Made by a program: the position numbers and the translations under genes. The notes under the pieces are model-generated. The model ran no database searches and had not been told where the DNA came from. It saw only the letters and a program-made list of their open reading frames with translations. Below, piece by piece: positions 48,393-60,700 of a stretch of 64,000 nucleotides of DNA; the stretch's first letter is position 1, and every line of letters starts with the position of its first letter. Source of the DNA: an uncultured virus (IMG/VR IMGVR_UViG_3300029288_000087) (lineage: Duplodnaviria; Heunggongvirae; Uroviricota; Caudoviricetes); the IMG/VR virus record IMGVR_UViG_3300029288_000087; one strand, written 5' to 3'.

Positions 48393-51298
48393 CAGCCCTC
48401 CAGACTCTTCATGCGCAGCACCACCGGCAGCATATCCTTCCGCGCACGCTCCGCCGCCGTTTTCCCAAAGTGCTGCTCGATGCCTCTTGCCAGGATCTCA
48501 AACCCCCACCGAAGCCTCCACCGTACTCCGTCGTCTGCTGTGAAAATCACGTTGTCGATCCGCCCCACCTCCAGCGGGAACAGCCACTCGTGTCTCCAGA
48601 GAGCCGCCAGGGAAAGCGGAACCATCAGATCATCCACGTCAACGAGGATGAGCGCTTCGTCGCCGCCATCGGTTGCGGGGAGGAGCACAACGGTCTGCTC
48701 GACGCCGTTGAACTCGACGGAGCCCCTGATCTGGCGGCTGATACCGGGCTCGGCACTGTACCTGTTGGCCACCTCCCGCTGATCCCAGACCGACTCCATC
48801 GAGCTTGCCAACCCGATCACGTCTTCGAGGGAAGCGTGAACGTCGGCAAAGATAATGGGATCGCCGCATGACATTATGGCATCTATGGCAGCGCGGCACG
48901 CCATGCTCAGCCCGGTCATGTCGGAGCGGTACACGGGACGCTTTTTCATCGAATCTCCTTCATCCCGAACGGCAGCGTGAACCCCTTGGGCAGCACCCAC
49001 AGGTGGTACAGGTTCGCGTGGTCAACCAACTCGGCTTGCGCTGGAAACACCTCGATTGCGACCCGGTCCTCACCGACGATCTCGTTCTTGACGCGCTGCA
49101 GTTCCTGCCAGGAGCGCACGGGGGCCTCGTCGTTGCGCCGGATCATCAGCCGCTCGACCGTGCCCCACTCCGTCACATGGTAGACGATCTGCACGACGTA
49201 CACGTTGTTCTTGAACACCGCCTCGACGTTGCGCAGACTGGGGTACTTCGCCGGGTCGGGCCTGGGCACGCGCTCCCATTCGGACCAGCCCTGGCGCATG
49301 AGCTTGCGTCCGACCGACCTGGAGGCTCTGCGCTGGAGACGGCTCACGAGTTTGCTTCCTTCTTGCGTTCAGCGTCCATCTCCAAGAACCGCTTGCGCTG
49401 CCGCTCCCTTTGTGCTTCAGCCTTCGCCTCCGCAGCGTCGTACTCGGCCTTGGTGCAGATCGACCAGTACGTGACCGTTTCTGTCTCCACGACAGCCAGC
49501 TGCGCGCCGCACTTTCGGCATTCCAGCTCGGAGCCCGCCCTCATCTCGTAGTAATCGTCCTGTTGGAACTCGTGGCCACACACGGGGCACGTGACCATCG
49601 GGGCCGCCGTTGTGGTGCTCACTGCACGTCCCTCGAAAAGAGCGGGAACATCCACATCATGTCTGTCCTATTTCTCCTCATCACAGCGTCCAGATGCGCC
49701 CTTTGCAGAGCATCCAGGGGCCGCTTGCTATATGCGATCGACGCGGCGACCGCTGCCCTGAGCCGTGCGCGGTTGCGTTCCATGTACTTGCGAGCACGCC
49801 TGCGCCTCCTGCGGGCTCTGTGGCTACGAGAACTCATTTGTCGGCTCCGTACTTGTCCAAGTCTTCCTTCGGCCACCATGGGGGTGCCTGCTTTTTGACC
49901 ACCAATGCCACCACTTCGGCCCTGAACTCCTTTGTGGCAGCGATCGACCACAGACCTCCATGCACCCATCCGTCTCTGAACCCTGCCGAGTAAAGCGCTC
50001 TCCCGACGACAGAGATCAGCAGAACGGCTTCGGCAAACATCGCGACGAGCAGCCAAACCCACTGCATCACGCCACCCTCTTGAGCGCCGTTGCGATCTCC
50101 GCCACGCGCTTGAAGTCTCGAACCTCGACAGCCTTCTTCAGCTCGGCCTCCATGCGCCGCGGTTGCCCATCCACGGCACGCCGCGGTTCGAGGTCGGGAC
50201 GTTCGCAGTCGAATAGCTCCCGACACACCTTCCAGGTAGCGTCACCGTTCGAGTAGACGCCCCACATGTCGTTCATGTTGGTGAACACCGTGCCGCGAAA
50301 CAGTCGCCCGTTCCTGCGCACGTATTTGATCTGACCGTTGAAGATCGGCTTCTTGTCCCGATCCACGTTCTGCCCACAGGTGCCTTGCCTATATTCCTTT
50401 TCTGTTGGCCAACCGCGCTCGTCTCGCTCGAAACGGATCGCCTCCCACCTCTGGTTGAAGTCCGCGAGCGGATCCGCGCGTGCAGGGTTCCGGCCCTCCA
50501 TCGCGCGAAGAATCGACAGCGCGAACGGCTCCCCTGGCATCGGAGGCGACTTGCCAAAGTCCATCGTGTACCCGAACTCTATCCACTTCTGGATGAGACG
50601 CAGCGCGGCCAGCGCTGTCTGAAGCCGGATGAGGCGAGGCATCTTCCGCATCTTGTCGAAGTCGTACCGTCCACCGTTGCGGTTCTCGACGTTGGCGACG
50701 TTCTGATAGAACATCACCTTCATCGTGCGCCCGGACTGCTCCGCGTTGAACTCTAGATCGCCGAGACGCCCATATCTGCGGCACGGGCCAAGGCACTTGT
50801 AGTGCTTCTCGATCTCTGGGTCGCGCGTCACCTTGAACCCGTGGAACTTCATGCGCTCCATCGTGCTCTGGAACGTCTTCAACATGGCCACGTCGTCCAC
50901 GTGCTCTTCCCAGACCATCACGGACGTGTCGTGGATACGGATGCGACCCTCGCGATGCCACCATTGCGTCATTGCCCGATACCTCGTCTGCTCAGGTTCA
51001 CCGGCTCGCCATCACACTCCCACAACGGGTAGTTCGGAGGGCCGCATTGATCGATATGGCAGCAGCCGACATTCAGACTTTCCCACATCTTGCACGAGCC
51101 GCAGTCGCGCATGTGGCACAGGTCGTCGAGCGCTTCGAGAAAGCAAAGCGCGCACAGCACGCCCTTCCCGTCCTTGCCCGTCCACGGCTTGGCGTGTCCG
51201 TTGCGCTCAGCGAGGCGAGCATAGCGATCGAAGTCGGCCTGCTCGTGGAGTCGCCCGCACTTCCGACAGTTGGGAGGGATGCCGTAGGTGTTCATCGC
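48392..51298 (-). CDS. Run of hypothetical phage genes (48392-~48949, 48946-49347, 49344-~49622, 49834-~50067, 50067-50972, 50969-~51298)
   Basis: Coupled ORFs; 48946-49347 has the common phage motif SWQELQRVKNEIVG...EVFPAQAELVDHANLYHLW. Confidence 0.55.
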
Positions 51299-51300
51299 GC

Positions 51301-51726
51301 TCACCACCACGGCTCGACTGGACGCCTTGGAATGACCCAATCGCCAACGTCGAGCCCGGAACACGCAGGATTCCCTCTGCTCGGGCGGGGGAATTTGTAG
51401 CGAGCCGTCCCGATCAAAAGCGCCGCTCCGACTCTACCCAAAAGGAAAGCCCCGATCAAGATTTCGCGCGTGGGAGCGTCCGGGCAGAATGCAAGCGTCT
51501 CTGTTTCCACGTCGGCCCCCGGGATACGAACGCGCAGAACCGTTGCTTGTCCGTCAATCCGCTTGCCGTCCGGGCCCCGTGGCATTCTCGGAGGCTCACA
51601 GAGCGTCGCTCCCGCTGCCCTTGCCGCCGACTTGGAGAGGAAGATGCCGCCCGTGAACCCGGTGTCCACAAGGGCATCGCGCGCGATCTTTCTCACCCAA
51701 GAAATCTCGATAGGGATTGTGATCAT
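51301..51726 (-). CDS. Retropepsin-like (clan AA) aspartic protease
   Basis: ALVDTGFTG catalytic motif and ILIGAFLL. Confidence 0.7.
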   Translation of the reverse strand: MITIPIEISWVRKIARDALVDTGFTGGIFLSKSAARAAGATLCEPPRMPRGPDGKRIDGQATVLRVRIPGADVETETLAFCPDAPTREILIGAFLLGRVGAALLIGTARYKFPRPSRGNPACSGLDVGDWVIPRRPVEPWW

Positions 51727-52333
51727 CGTCCCACCTTCACGACCCACCCATCGGGCAACGTGTACTCGCTCGTTCCTGAGTCGAACCTCGTTCCCTTCGG
51801 CCACACGATCCTCACGCGCTTGTCGGGTTCGTCAGTCACCCCGCAGCCGTGGCTGATCAGCTCCCTGCGCTGCCCCCGCAGGTTGTCTGCAAGGATCGAC
51901 GTTGACAGCACCTCGAAGACTTCGTTCATCAGTTGAGCGCCTTTCCATCGGCTTCCGACGCAACGATCGTACCGTGCATGACTCTGCCGATCTGCGCGTT
52001 GGCCCGCAGGCTGTCGAGCACGGCTCCCTGAAGCGTCTCGCGGAGCGCGGTGTCAGCGTGCTTCGAGATCATGACCATCACCGGGTCGCCACGCACATCC
52101 ACAACGGCCAGCGCCTCGTCTGGGAACCGGCCAGCGTCGAACTCCTCGATCGTCACCACCGGCTGGCGTCCCTGCGCAAAGACGACAAGGATCGCCGGGT
52201 CCGGATCCCCGCTGGCCCGAAGCACCATGACCCGGCACTGGATCTGTTCGAGCACGCTCGCCAGATCGGTTGCCATCCCTTCCTTGCCTGAAAACATCGC
52301 TTTTATTTCTTCCTTGACGCCGCGTCTCGGCAT
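51723..52333 (-). CDS. Two hypothetical genes (51723-51929, 51929-~52333)
   Basis: Coupled ORFs ending at a divergent junction. Confidence 0.5.
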
Positions 52334-52349
52334 GTATATCACTGATGGT

Positions 52350-52592
52350 ATGTCGCATCCCGGTGAAAGTCAACAGCTCAAAGGTCTCCAGATCGCTCTT
52401 CGTATCTCGCAGGAGATGGATGACGAACTTCTCCAGCTCGCGCAGCGATGGGAGCGCACGATGACGCTCGACACGCGCGTGGGCAAGACGACGATCGCGC
52501 GCGAGGCTCTCAAGCGGGGCATGAGGCTGATCGACGAGGAGCTTACGGCCATCGAGGCGAAGCAAGGGAAGAAGAAGGACGGCGGGCGATGA
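52350..52592 (+). CDS. Ribbon-helix-helix-like DNA-binding protein
   Basis: [18 protein letters not shown]...KTTIAREAL pattern; first gene after the strand switch. Confidence 0.55.
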   Translation: MSHPGESQQLKGLQIALRISQEMDDELLQLAQRWERTMTLDTRVGKTTIAREALKRGMRLIDEELTAIEAKQGKKKDGGR

Positions 52593-52762
52593 CCTACGAG
52601 TACGAGTGCGACGCCTGCGGACACGAGTGGGAGCAGGAACAGAAGATCACTGAGGAGCCGGTGAAGGTGTGCCCGAAGTGCGGGGAAGAGGCGGCGAAGC
52701 GGCTCGTGTCCAACGGCAACTTCGTGCTCAAGGGGAAGAACTGGGCGAGGGATGGGTACTGA
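52589..52762 (+). CDS. FmdB-family zinc ribbon protein
   Basis: [15 protein letters not shown]...CPKCG...KRLVS..FVLKG..W..DGY. Confidence 0.85.
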   Translation: MTYEYECDACGHEWEQEQKITEEPVKVCPKCGEEAAKRLVSNGNFVLKGKNWARDGY

Positions 52763-55700
52763 CGCAAAGCCCACGTGGCTCCTCCGCGTCGAGATGCAGC
52801 ACGCTGTCTTCGGTATCATCGTTGCGGCAGACGGCAGCGTGATGGAAGCCGCGCCCATCGCGAAGTGGTCGGTGGGTAAACGAGGTCGGGAAGTCGTTCG
52901 GTACTTCAGGGAGCGGGGAGCGACGGTAACGGTGCATGGAGGGAAGTAGTCGATGAGCGAGAAGCACGTAAAGATCGTCCGAGCAGTCCGGGACCAGCTC
53001 AAGGCCTACGGCGTCAACAAGGACGAGAGCCTGCGTGACGCTATCGATCGGCTCACGGCTGAGCACGCGCTCGCGACCGATGAAGCGCGCACCTACAAGA
53101 GGCTCACGGAGGAGGCGCAGCAAGAAGCTGCCCTGGCCCGCAAGACGCGTGACGAGGCAGAGGCAACAGCGATCGTCGCGCTGGCGAAGGAGAGAGCTGC
53201 GACGTTCCAGAACCGCGCGCTGCGAGCGTTCCTTGATCTGGTCATCGAGCGCAGCGGCGCGCAGATCCAGAAGGACTACGCGGGGGCCCTGGCGGAGATC
53301 GATGCGCGGAGCAAGACCATCGCGAAGGAAGCGGGCACGACCCGGCTGGAAGACGACATCCGAGAAGTGGAAGCCCGACGCGTGACGGCGTTCGCTCAGT
53401 CGATGCAGGGGAAGTCGTTCGACACCTACGGGAATCCGCTACCAAACGGCGTGCTTTGTAGAAAGAGGGACTCGTATCTCGACGACTGCCTCGCCCCGAA
53501 CCCGAAACATCCTGGCGCGAATTGCCATCGTCCGAAGACGCACGGTGGCCAGCACCAGAACGGGGACGACGTGTGGGGCGATGAACCTGAAAGCAGAAAG
53601 GCAGGTGCGTGATGCCCTGGTGCTACGCAACGTCCAGAGAAGCCGAAGCATGGAACGGAAACTTCGCGACGCGGGAAGAGGCGATCGAGGAGGGAACTCG
53701 CGAGTACGAGGGCGACGCTGATCATTTCTTCGTCGCGTGCGGCGAGTGTCCGGACCCGGCTGATGCCATGCCCCGAGCGCTCGACATCATCGAGATGATG
53801 GTGGAGTGTGCTGGCGACGAATGGGGCGAGATCGCGGAGGACTGGCCCGAAGTCTCTAAGGAAGAGGAGAAGGAACTGGACGACATCCTGGAGGGATGGG
53901 CACGCAAACACTGCCGCATCTCGTTCTTCATGGTGGATGGCGACAAGGCAGAGGAGGTGCGCATCGCGAAGGCAGAGGAGCCGAAGCAACCGTGAGCGCG
54001 CGGCAAGAGAGGATGGTCGAAGCCAGACAGCGCCTCGATGACGCGATCGGCGCGCTCTCCGACCTGTACGAGTACGGCCACCTGCTCGCCCAGACCGAGC
54101 CCGACAAGCTCCTGATGCTGGCTGTTGAGGAGATCCGAAAGGCGCGGGACGAGAAGCGCAACGAGAAGAAAGGCACGCGAACACATGGACGATGATGCTG
54201 CCAACAAGACTCCGGAGCCCGCTCCGTTCGTCTGCCCATACCACAGGCCGTCTCCACCCTGGACATGGCGCGACACCGTAGGGGTGCTGCTCCTGATTGC
54301 CGCTGCGACCGTGCTCACCATCGGCATGTATCACGTCGAAAAGCTGAGCGAGCACTACTGGATCATGTCGGCCTACCTCACGAAGCCCATAACGCTGTAC
54401 TCTTACCGTGGACATCGTGAGTGGGTAGATCGGGATCGGATCGAGAAGTCCGACGCGGACGACTACGGCCAAGCGTACAGGGAGGGGTACCACGACGGCA
54501 AGGGCATGTGCGTGGCCGCGTACAAGAGGACGAAGAGCCCAACTGCGCTCTGGGTCTCGACGGGTTGCATCGACGCCTGCGCTGCCATGCGCAAGGCGGG
54601 GGCTCACGACATGAGTGCACAGACGCCCGGACATGCCTGCGAGTTCTTCTGCGAGGCGGGCAACGAGCGGGGCTACGACGATCCGTGGCCGGTTGCGTGC
54701 TTCCAGCGGGCGAAGTCGCAGCAGGATGTCCACGACTGCTGGATCGGGGCGGAGAAGAAACAATGACCAGGATGGCTCACCACGAAGAGTGTGGCATCTG
54801 CCACAGCGACCACATGTGCGAGCACAGGCTTCCGAAAGTCGAACCTCGCCCTCCGAGCATCTGCCCCCTGTGCGGAGAGCCGATCAACCCGCTCGACGAG
54901 ATCGAGACCGATCGGGACCGCCTGATGAGGGCAGCGCCCGGCTGCACCACCGATGGGTGGATCGCTCACAAGAGCTGTGTCACCAAGGCGGGCACGTGAC
55001 CACCCCCAAGACAACGTGCGGGACATGCGGCGGTGACTACCCAGTCGGCTCGACATGTCCTAGCTGCGGTCCCCACAACCCCGGAGCGGCGCTGTTGGGC
55101 GCTCTCCGCGGGCACGGCAGTGGCTTGGCACCCGATCCGTTCGAGCAGGCCGAAGCGTGCCCGTACTGCGACATCAAGGACCAAGTGATCAAGGCTGCTG
55201 GCGAGCAGATCGAGGCTCTCGAACAGAAGCTCGCTGACGCCGCTGCTGATCGCGACAGGAACGCATCGTCCGTCGAGACACTGATCCGCGAGATTGGCTA
55301 CAACCGCGTGCTACCGTATGGAGATGTGGGCGCTGCCGTCGAGTACGCCCGCGGGCTGCACGCGAGGATCGCATCCGACGCAAGCGACAACGCCAGATTG
55401 TGCAATGCCCTCAACCGGGACAAGACCGGGCTGGCGCAGGCGCTCGTGGATGTCCTGACTGAAGCCAGGGGTCGTCGCTGGCTCGGGCCAGAAGGCGGGT
55501 GGGGCTCGTACGAGTGGCAGGAGCACACGACGGACACGCTGCGCAAGGAGATCGAGTGGGCCCTGGACGCCATCGAGACGATCGCGAAGAAGGCGCTCGC
55601 CACGTCGGGCGCGCTCGCGACGGAGACGCTTCGGCTCACAGCAGAAAAAGCCCGCGCGATGTGCAGAACGGCGGTAGACATACCCAGCCGCTACGGCATG

Positions 55701-56095
55701 ATCGAAGGCGCGCACCATAAGCAGTGGGTCATCGACCAGATGCTTCGGAAGATGCTCGGAGAAGCGGGCTACGCTACTTGGGTAGCGGGGATGAACGCGG
55801 ACCCCGACTTCGCACCGTGGGACACGGGGATCGCGCCATGAAGGCCCTCTGCCCCTGTGGCCGCATCGCCACGTGGTTCTACATGCTCTGCACACCCGCT
55901 CCGGTCGTGTACTGCGATGCCTGCGTGCCCCGCAACTGCGCCTGCGGCGTCTGCCAGCAGTTCGGAGAAGAGCGTGACGAGCAGGGGCGCTTGACGCCCT
56001 GCATTTGGTGGGCCGAAGAGCCGCATGGAGTGGATGATAGCGAGCCCGGGTGGATCGCACACGATCAGCCGTTCGAGCAACCGGAGGCGACGTGA
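52752..56095 (+). CDS. Run of hypothetical genes (52752-52949, 52953-53612, 53609-53995, ~53992-54195, ~54185-54766, ~54763-54999, ~54996-55841, ~55838-56095)
   Basis: Translationally coupled ORFs, many Cys-rich. Confidence 0.55.
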
Positions 56096-56526
56096 AAAAG
56101 CTCAAGGTGCTCCCACCCATGACGTGCGATCCCGGCTGCGGGGACTGCTGCGGTATCGTCCCGGTGACCGAGACCGAGTTCCAGCGGGTCGCTCGATACG
56201 CCCGCGAGCACGCCGTCGAGCCGCTGCGGCAAAGGATCACCTGCCCCTGGTTCCAGCAGGGCAGCTGCGCGGTCTACCCGGCGAGACCCCTGCCATGCCG
56301 CCTGTTCGGGCACACCCCGGGGCTGGCGTGTCCGAGAGGGCACAGCGCGTTCGTGTGGGAGCGCGAGATTCAGCGCATGATGCGAGCGAACGGAAAGCCC
56401 GTAAAGCTGCTGCACGACGTGTTCCCCGACTTCAGGAATGGGATGGCGCTCGACATGTTTATCGATCAGATCCAGCAGGCCGCGCAGTTGTACGCTCGCG
56501 ACATGAAGTTCGCGGGAGGGGTGTGA
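56092..56526 (+). CDS. YkgJ-like CxxCxxCC Zn/Fe-chelating protein
   Basis: CDPGCGDCCG...CPWF...CAVYPARPLPCRLFG. Confidence 0.8.
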   Translation: MKKLKVLPPMTCDPGCGDCCGIVPVTETEFQRVARYAREHAVEPLRQRITCPWFQQGSCAVYPARPLPCRLFGHTPGLACPRGHSAFVWEREIQRMMRANGKPVKLLHDVFPDFRNGMALDMFIDQIQQAAQLYARDMKFAGGV

Positions 56527-57191
56527 GTATGAGTAGGGACGAAGAACCGAACATCATGTTGCCGGATGAAACGCAGCGCATATCGGACCTGCACAACGAG
56601 GCCTTGGCTGACCTGAGCATCGCGCTCGACATACTCGAAGATGAGCAGTGGGACGGGGACACGGCTGCGCTACCGGACGAACGCGACAGGGGCTGCGCGA
56701 CGTGCAAGAACTCGGAGGTGGATGGAGCGCACAAGTGCGATTGTGCCAAAGCCCTGCTGCTGCGCAAGTACGGGCGGAAGGTCAAGATCCAGGGGGATCC
56801 TTGAGGCTCAACTGGCACCGTCCCCGAGGCCACCCGATGCCCTTCCGACAGCGCTTCGCTCGTCCACAACCCCTGCGGTGCCGCTCCCTGCCGAGGCCGT
56901 CTGTGCCGCCTGCATGCGCCCGTAGCGCCGAGTCGCTGGCCTGCGTGAGAAGGACGAGGCTTGAGATCGCCGTCCAGCAGTTCGAGCAGATCGCGAAGCG
57001 CATCCAGATCGAGAACAGCGACACCGGAACCACAGCGTACGGCATCCGGATCGACCGGGGCCTGCTCTCGGTGCGCGTGTTCGTGAACGGCGAGCTTCGC
57101 GAGGTGATTGACCTACCAACCAGGGACGAGTACCCTACGATGTCGTACGGGAACCGCGTCTGACCCCACTCGCTGATAAGGAGCTGGCAAC

Positions 57192-57821
57192 ATGGATCTG
57201 GCCTCTATTGAGCAACTCGCAAATACCATCGCTTCCATCCCTGATACGCGGCCCGACTGGATGAAAAACGTGTGCATGGGAAATGAGGGCTGGCTATATT
57301 ACAGATTCTTCCACGAGTTCATTCAAAGGCATGGGCCAGCGCGTGTTGTAGATATTGGGACTCACATGGCAGGTTCTGCTGTACACCTCGCCTGCGGCAA
57401 CCCGCAGGGCCACGTCTACACAATGGACCCGGACCCGAACTCAAAGAACTGCGTCGCGCTTCTTCCGGTGAAGAACATCACGGCGTTCACGGGTACTTCC
57501 ATGGCTCTGGCGGATCAAATCCGCCGGTTCGGGCCGTTCGACATCGCTGTCATCGACGGCGAACACCACATCAATCACATGTACCCAGAATACGTGTGCT
57601 ACCGAAGCATGGTGAAAGACGGAGGGCTCATCTTCTTCGACGACGTGAACTATGACCAGTTCCCCAGCATGCGTATTGCCTGGGATCTCATCCCGGACCC
57701 CAAAGCGCTGCTACCTACGCTGCACTTCTCTGGGTTCGGCGTCTGCAAGGTAGACCACAGCATCCACGCCCTGGAGCTTCGGGCCGCTCTGCGGCAGAGA
57801 GAGCGAAGAGCTACGGCTTGA
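57192..57821 (+). CDS. Class I SAM-dependent methyltransferase (Methyltransf_24-like)
   Basis: VVDIGTHMAGS, FDIAVIDGEH, GGLIFFDDV. Confidence 0.8.
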   Translation: MDLASIEQLANTIASIPDTRPDWMKNVCMGNEGWLYYRFFHEFIQRHGPARVVDIGTHMAGSAVHLACGNPQGHVYTMDPDPNSKNCVALLPVKNITAFTGTSMALADQIRRFGPFDIAVIDGEHHINHMYPEYVCYRSMVKDGGLIFFDDVNYDQFPSMRIAWDLIPDPKALLPTLHFSGFGVCKVDHSIHALELRAALRQRERRATA

Positions 57822-58299
57822 TCGCCTCGAAGAATGAGTCGAGACCTTCGATGCGGTTGTCCACGATGACGTAGGACTTCCTACCGTTCTCGATCATCCA
57901 CTCCCCGAACAGCACCTTGTACGCGTCGTGCGAGAAGCGCCAGCAGTCGGTCGGATACGCATGGTACCCCCATGCCCAGGCGGCGCTGATGCACAGTAGC
58001 CCACTCGGGCGAAGCACGCGATCCATCTCAAGCACGAGCTTCCATGGCATAGAGACGTGTTCCAGGCTGTTCGCTGAAACCACTGCATCCACGCTTGCGT
58101 CGGCCAGCGGGATCTTGAATGGTTCCTTCTCGACGATGTCTACGTTCGGACCTTTCTCGATGTCGAACCCGATGTACTTCGGGCCAAACAGCCCGCGCAG
58201 GTTCCCATTTACGTCGTAGGCTCCAACATCCAGGACCACCGCATGCTTCGGCACCTTCTTCGCGAACTCCGCTAGTCTATTGTAGCTCTGTGCGTGCAT
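57811..58299 (-). CDS. SAM-dependent methyltransferase (Methyltransf_11-like)
   Basis: VLDVGAYDVNG, DAVVSANSLEHV, RVLRPSG, HAYPTDCWRF. Confidence 0.85.
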   Translation of the reverse strand: MHAQSYNRLAEFAKKVPKHAVVLDVGAYDVNGNLRGLFGPKYIGFDIEKGPNVDIVEKEPFKIPLADASVDAVVSANSLEHVSMPWKLVLEMDRVLRPSGLLCISAAWAWGYHAYPTDCWRFSHDAYKVLFGEWMIENGRKSYVIVDNRIEGLDSFFEAIKP

Positions 58300-59092
58300 T
58301 TTCGTTCTCCCGTTTCAAAAAACCAGTTGGGTTCCATGTAACACAGAACCGCTCCCGATCCCTGTCGCTTGCAAACTTTTTGTTTTCGGCCAGAAATGCC
58401 GCGACCGCCTCATAGGGGCCAGGAGAATGGCCGACGTTCAACCCGTGATGGCAAATCGTATCTTCCACGATCAGATAGCTGCCGCACGTTACCACGTCTC
58501 CATAGGTTCGCATCACGCTCAGCGTGTGTTCATACGTGTGCGCCGTGTCCTCAATCACGAGAACCGTCTCCGCTCCGCTGCACAGTTTCTTCACATCTCC
58601 GAATCTCGCGATGACATCCCCCTGCACCAGCTTGATTCTAGGGTGCCTCGGAACCGTCTCGTGCAGCATCGCGAAGCTCTTGTCCACACCTACGACGAAG
58701 CCCTTCCCGATGCTCTGGCACGTGTCAGCAAGCCACAGTGTTGCCCCGCCCCTGGATACACCCAGCTCGACGACAGCGTTTGGCCGAAGCTCGTACATGA
58801 TCTCTCGATACGTCCACAAGTCGAACGGGTTCTTGAGTGCCACGACTCCATTGTACGCCATGAGACCGGACATCAGGCGCTCCTGGACTTTAGCGAGAGC
58901 GTCGCGTACCTTCGCCTTCTGCATCCCTCGCAGGAGCTTCAGCATATCCTTTGCGCACGCCATGACCCACATGTCAGCAGGCACGCCCACCGACTTCAGT
59001 GGCCACGGATGGCGCGGTGTGAACAACTCTGCCTCGACAATCGGTAAAATCTCCGACACTGGCCTATCAAGCATGGCTTCCATGATTGGCAT
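58277..59092 (-). CDS. CmcI-like (cephalosporin hydroxylase/rhamnosyl O-methyltransferase family) protein
   Basis: KNPFDLWTYREIMYELRPNAVVELGVSRGG, VIEDTAHTYEH, YLIVEDT, TWNPTGFLKR. Confidence 0.85.
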   Translation of the reverse strand: MPIMEAMLDRPVSEILPIVEAELFTPRHPWPLKSVGVPADMWVMACAKDMLKLLRGMQKAKVRDALAKVQERLMSGLMAYNGVVALKNPFDLWTYREIMYELRPNAVVELGVSRGGATLWLADTCQSIGKGFVVGVDKSFAMLHETVPRHPRIKLVQGDVIARFGDVKKLCSGAETVLVIEDTAHTYEHTLSVMRTYGDVVTCGSYLIVEDTICHHGLNVGHSPGPYEAVAAFLAENKKFASDRDRERFCVTWNPTGFLKRENENARTELQ

Positions 59093-59095
59093 GAT

Positions 59096-59833
59096 TCAAC
59101 CCTTGAAATACGGGCTCGCTGGCGGAGCCCTGTGCCCATACGCGGAGACCTCCCCGATGTGCTTGCACATGCAGGGGTGAGCGTTGAAGATTGGGATCTT
59201 GTGCAGCGCACAGGCTCGGTTGATGCCCATATCCGCGTACCAGTCCAGTGCCCCGCCATAGACCGGCAACAGCATCTTCTCGCTAATCGTCATGGCAAAT
59301 TGCGACGCGACAGCAGCAGGCATGCACAGACCATGGTTGGCGTAAAAAGCAGTCGGGTACTTCCACTTCATCAGGAGATCCTCTCCGAAGCCGGTGGCAT
59401 CCACCCGATCAAAGTCTTCCAGTCGATACAAGTGATGCAGAGTTATCATCCACTTGTCGCACTTGCCCGACACGACGCGCACAAGCGCTTCCACTCGCTT
59501 GTACCAATCGCGAGCCAAAATCACGTCATCCTCGAATACGCACCCTGGCTCACCTGTCTCCGCGATCCACTTCAGAGCCCGCACCAAATTCAGGGTCAGC
59601 CTGATGCCTCCATGCGTCGCGTCCGCGAGTTCGATTGGAGGGGTCACGTGGACATACGTGCCTTCCGGGACTGATGGTACGATATGATGATCGACGAATA
59701 CCCCCATGTTCGTGGCCTGAAAAGTCGGATCTTTCTCGACCATCTCGCGCAGCGTCTGCTCGCAATATCCATACCCGATCCCTATTCTAGGAGCCGTGGT
59801 GGTTGCTGCGCGCATCATGATCTTTGTCTCCAC
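59096..59833 (-). CDS. GT-A fold glycosyltransferase (GT25-like)
   Basis: CVFEDDVIL motif; late KHIG. Confidence 0.6.
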   Translation of the reverse strand: METKIMMRAATTTAPRIGIGYGYCEQTLREMVEKDPTFQATNMGVFVDHHIVPSVPEGTYVHVTPPIELADATHGGIRLTLNLVRALKWIAETGEPGCVFEDDVILARDWYKRVEALVRVVSGKCDKWMITLHHLYRLEDFDRVDATGFGEDLLMKWKYPTAFYANHGLCMPAAVASQFAMTISEKMLLPVYGGALDWYADMGINRACALHKIPIFNAHPCMCKHIGEVSAYGHRAPPASPYFKG

Positions 59834-59845
59834 GGATACCGCCTG

Positions 59846-60700
59846 TTACCACACGGTTTGCACCATCGGGTGATGTAGTAGATGTTCTCGGCTCAGTGCC
59901 TGCTCGACGTATTCTCGATACCTACCCACGTCGCGACTGACGCGCCGACCGAACCGCTTTGGCCCATCCATGTGCAGAATCACCTTCCCAGGCGTGTCTG
60001 ACATCAGGCTGTACTTTTCCGGATCCAGTTGCACAGGAGAAATGTCCGCTTCCATCGCTGCGCAGTTCATCGGAGTATTCTCAGGAAGGATCGCCAAGGC
60101 TCGCGCGTTCGGATGCGCAATACCGAACTCCGACGTGCGCTGAAACATCTGGATCACCTTCTCACACCGTCGCACAAACAAGAATGCTGCCCCGAAGTAC
60201 GGCCTCCTGTTCAGTGCGTCCTGTTCTGGCAAGTTGAAGAAACTCTTCAATTCTGCACCCGAATCGGGGCAGATGTCCAGACGACTGCCAAGATCGCTTC
60301 TGCATCTGGCATGGTCGTGCCTAAGCTCTACCGTGCTTGAATGCACCTGCATGTACGAGGAGTTGTCCACTACGGCTGCCAGCCCGGTCCTGTGAGACTC
60401 CTTGATCCCTTCATGCAGCGAAGCAAGTGGCACGGTGTCCGCGTCGAGAAGCACGACCTCCCTGTCGCCTGCGCAGCTGAGTAGGTGCAACCACGATCTG
60501 GGCTTGCGAATGTAGTGCTGCGGATACTCGTCATCCACAGGGCGGTGCTCTATCCAGTCCGGGAAGTCTCTGGCATACTTCTGGGGGCTGTAGACGATCA
60601 CCGTCATATCAGGATCTGCGCGTCTCGCGCAGCATGCGCTTATCAGCGCCATGCCGACGTAGATCCCGTCCGCGTAGTACGCAAGGATCGTCTGGCTCAC
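59846..60700 (-). CDS. GT-A fold glycosyltransferase (GT8-like)
   Basis: VVLLDADTV (DxD), ILHMDGPK. Confidence 0.6.
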   Translation of the reverse strand: MSQTILAYYADGIYVGMALISACCARRADPDMTVIVYSPQKYARDFPDWIEHRPVDDEYPQHYIRKPRSWLHLLSCAGDREVVLLDADTVPLASLHEGIKESHRTGLAAVVDNSSYMQVHSSTVELRHDHARCRSDLGSRLDICPDSGAELKSFFNLPEQDALNRRPYFGAAFLFVRRCEKVIQMFQRTSEFGIAHPNARALAILPENTPMNCAAMEADISPVQLDPEKYSLMSDTPGKVILHMDGPKRFGRRVSRDVGRYREYVEQALSREHLLHHPMVQTVW

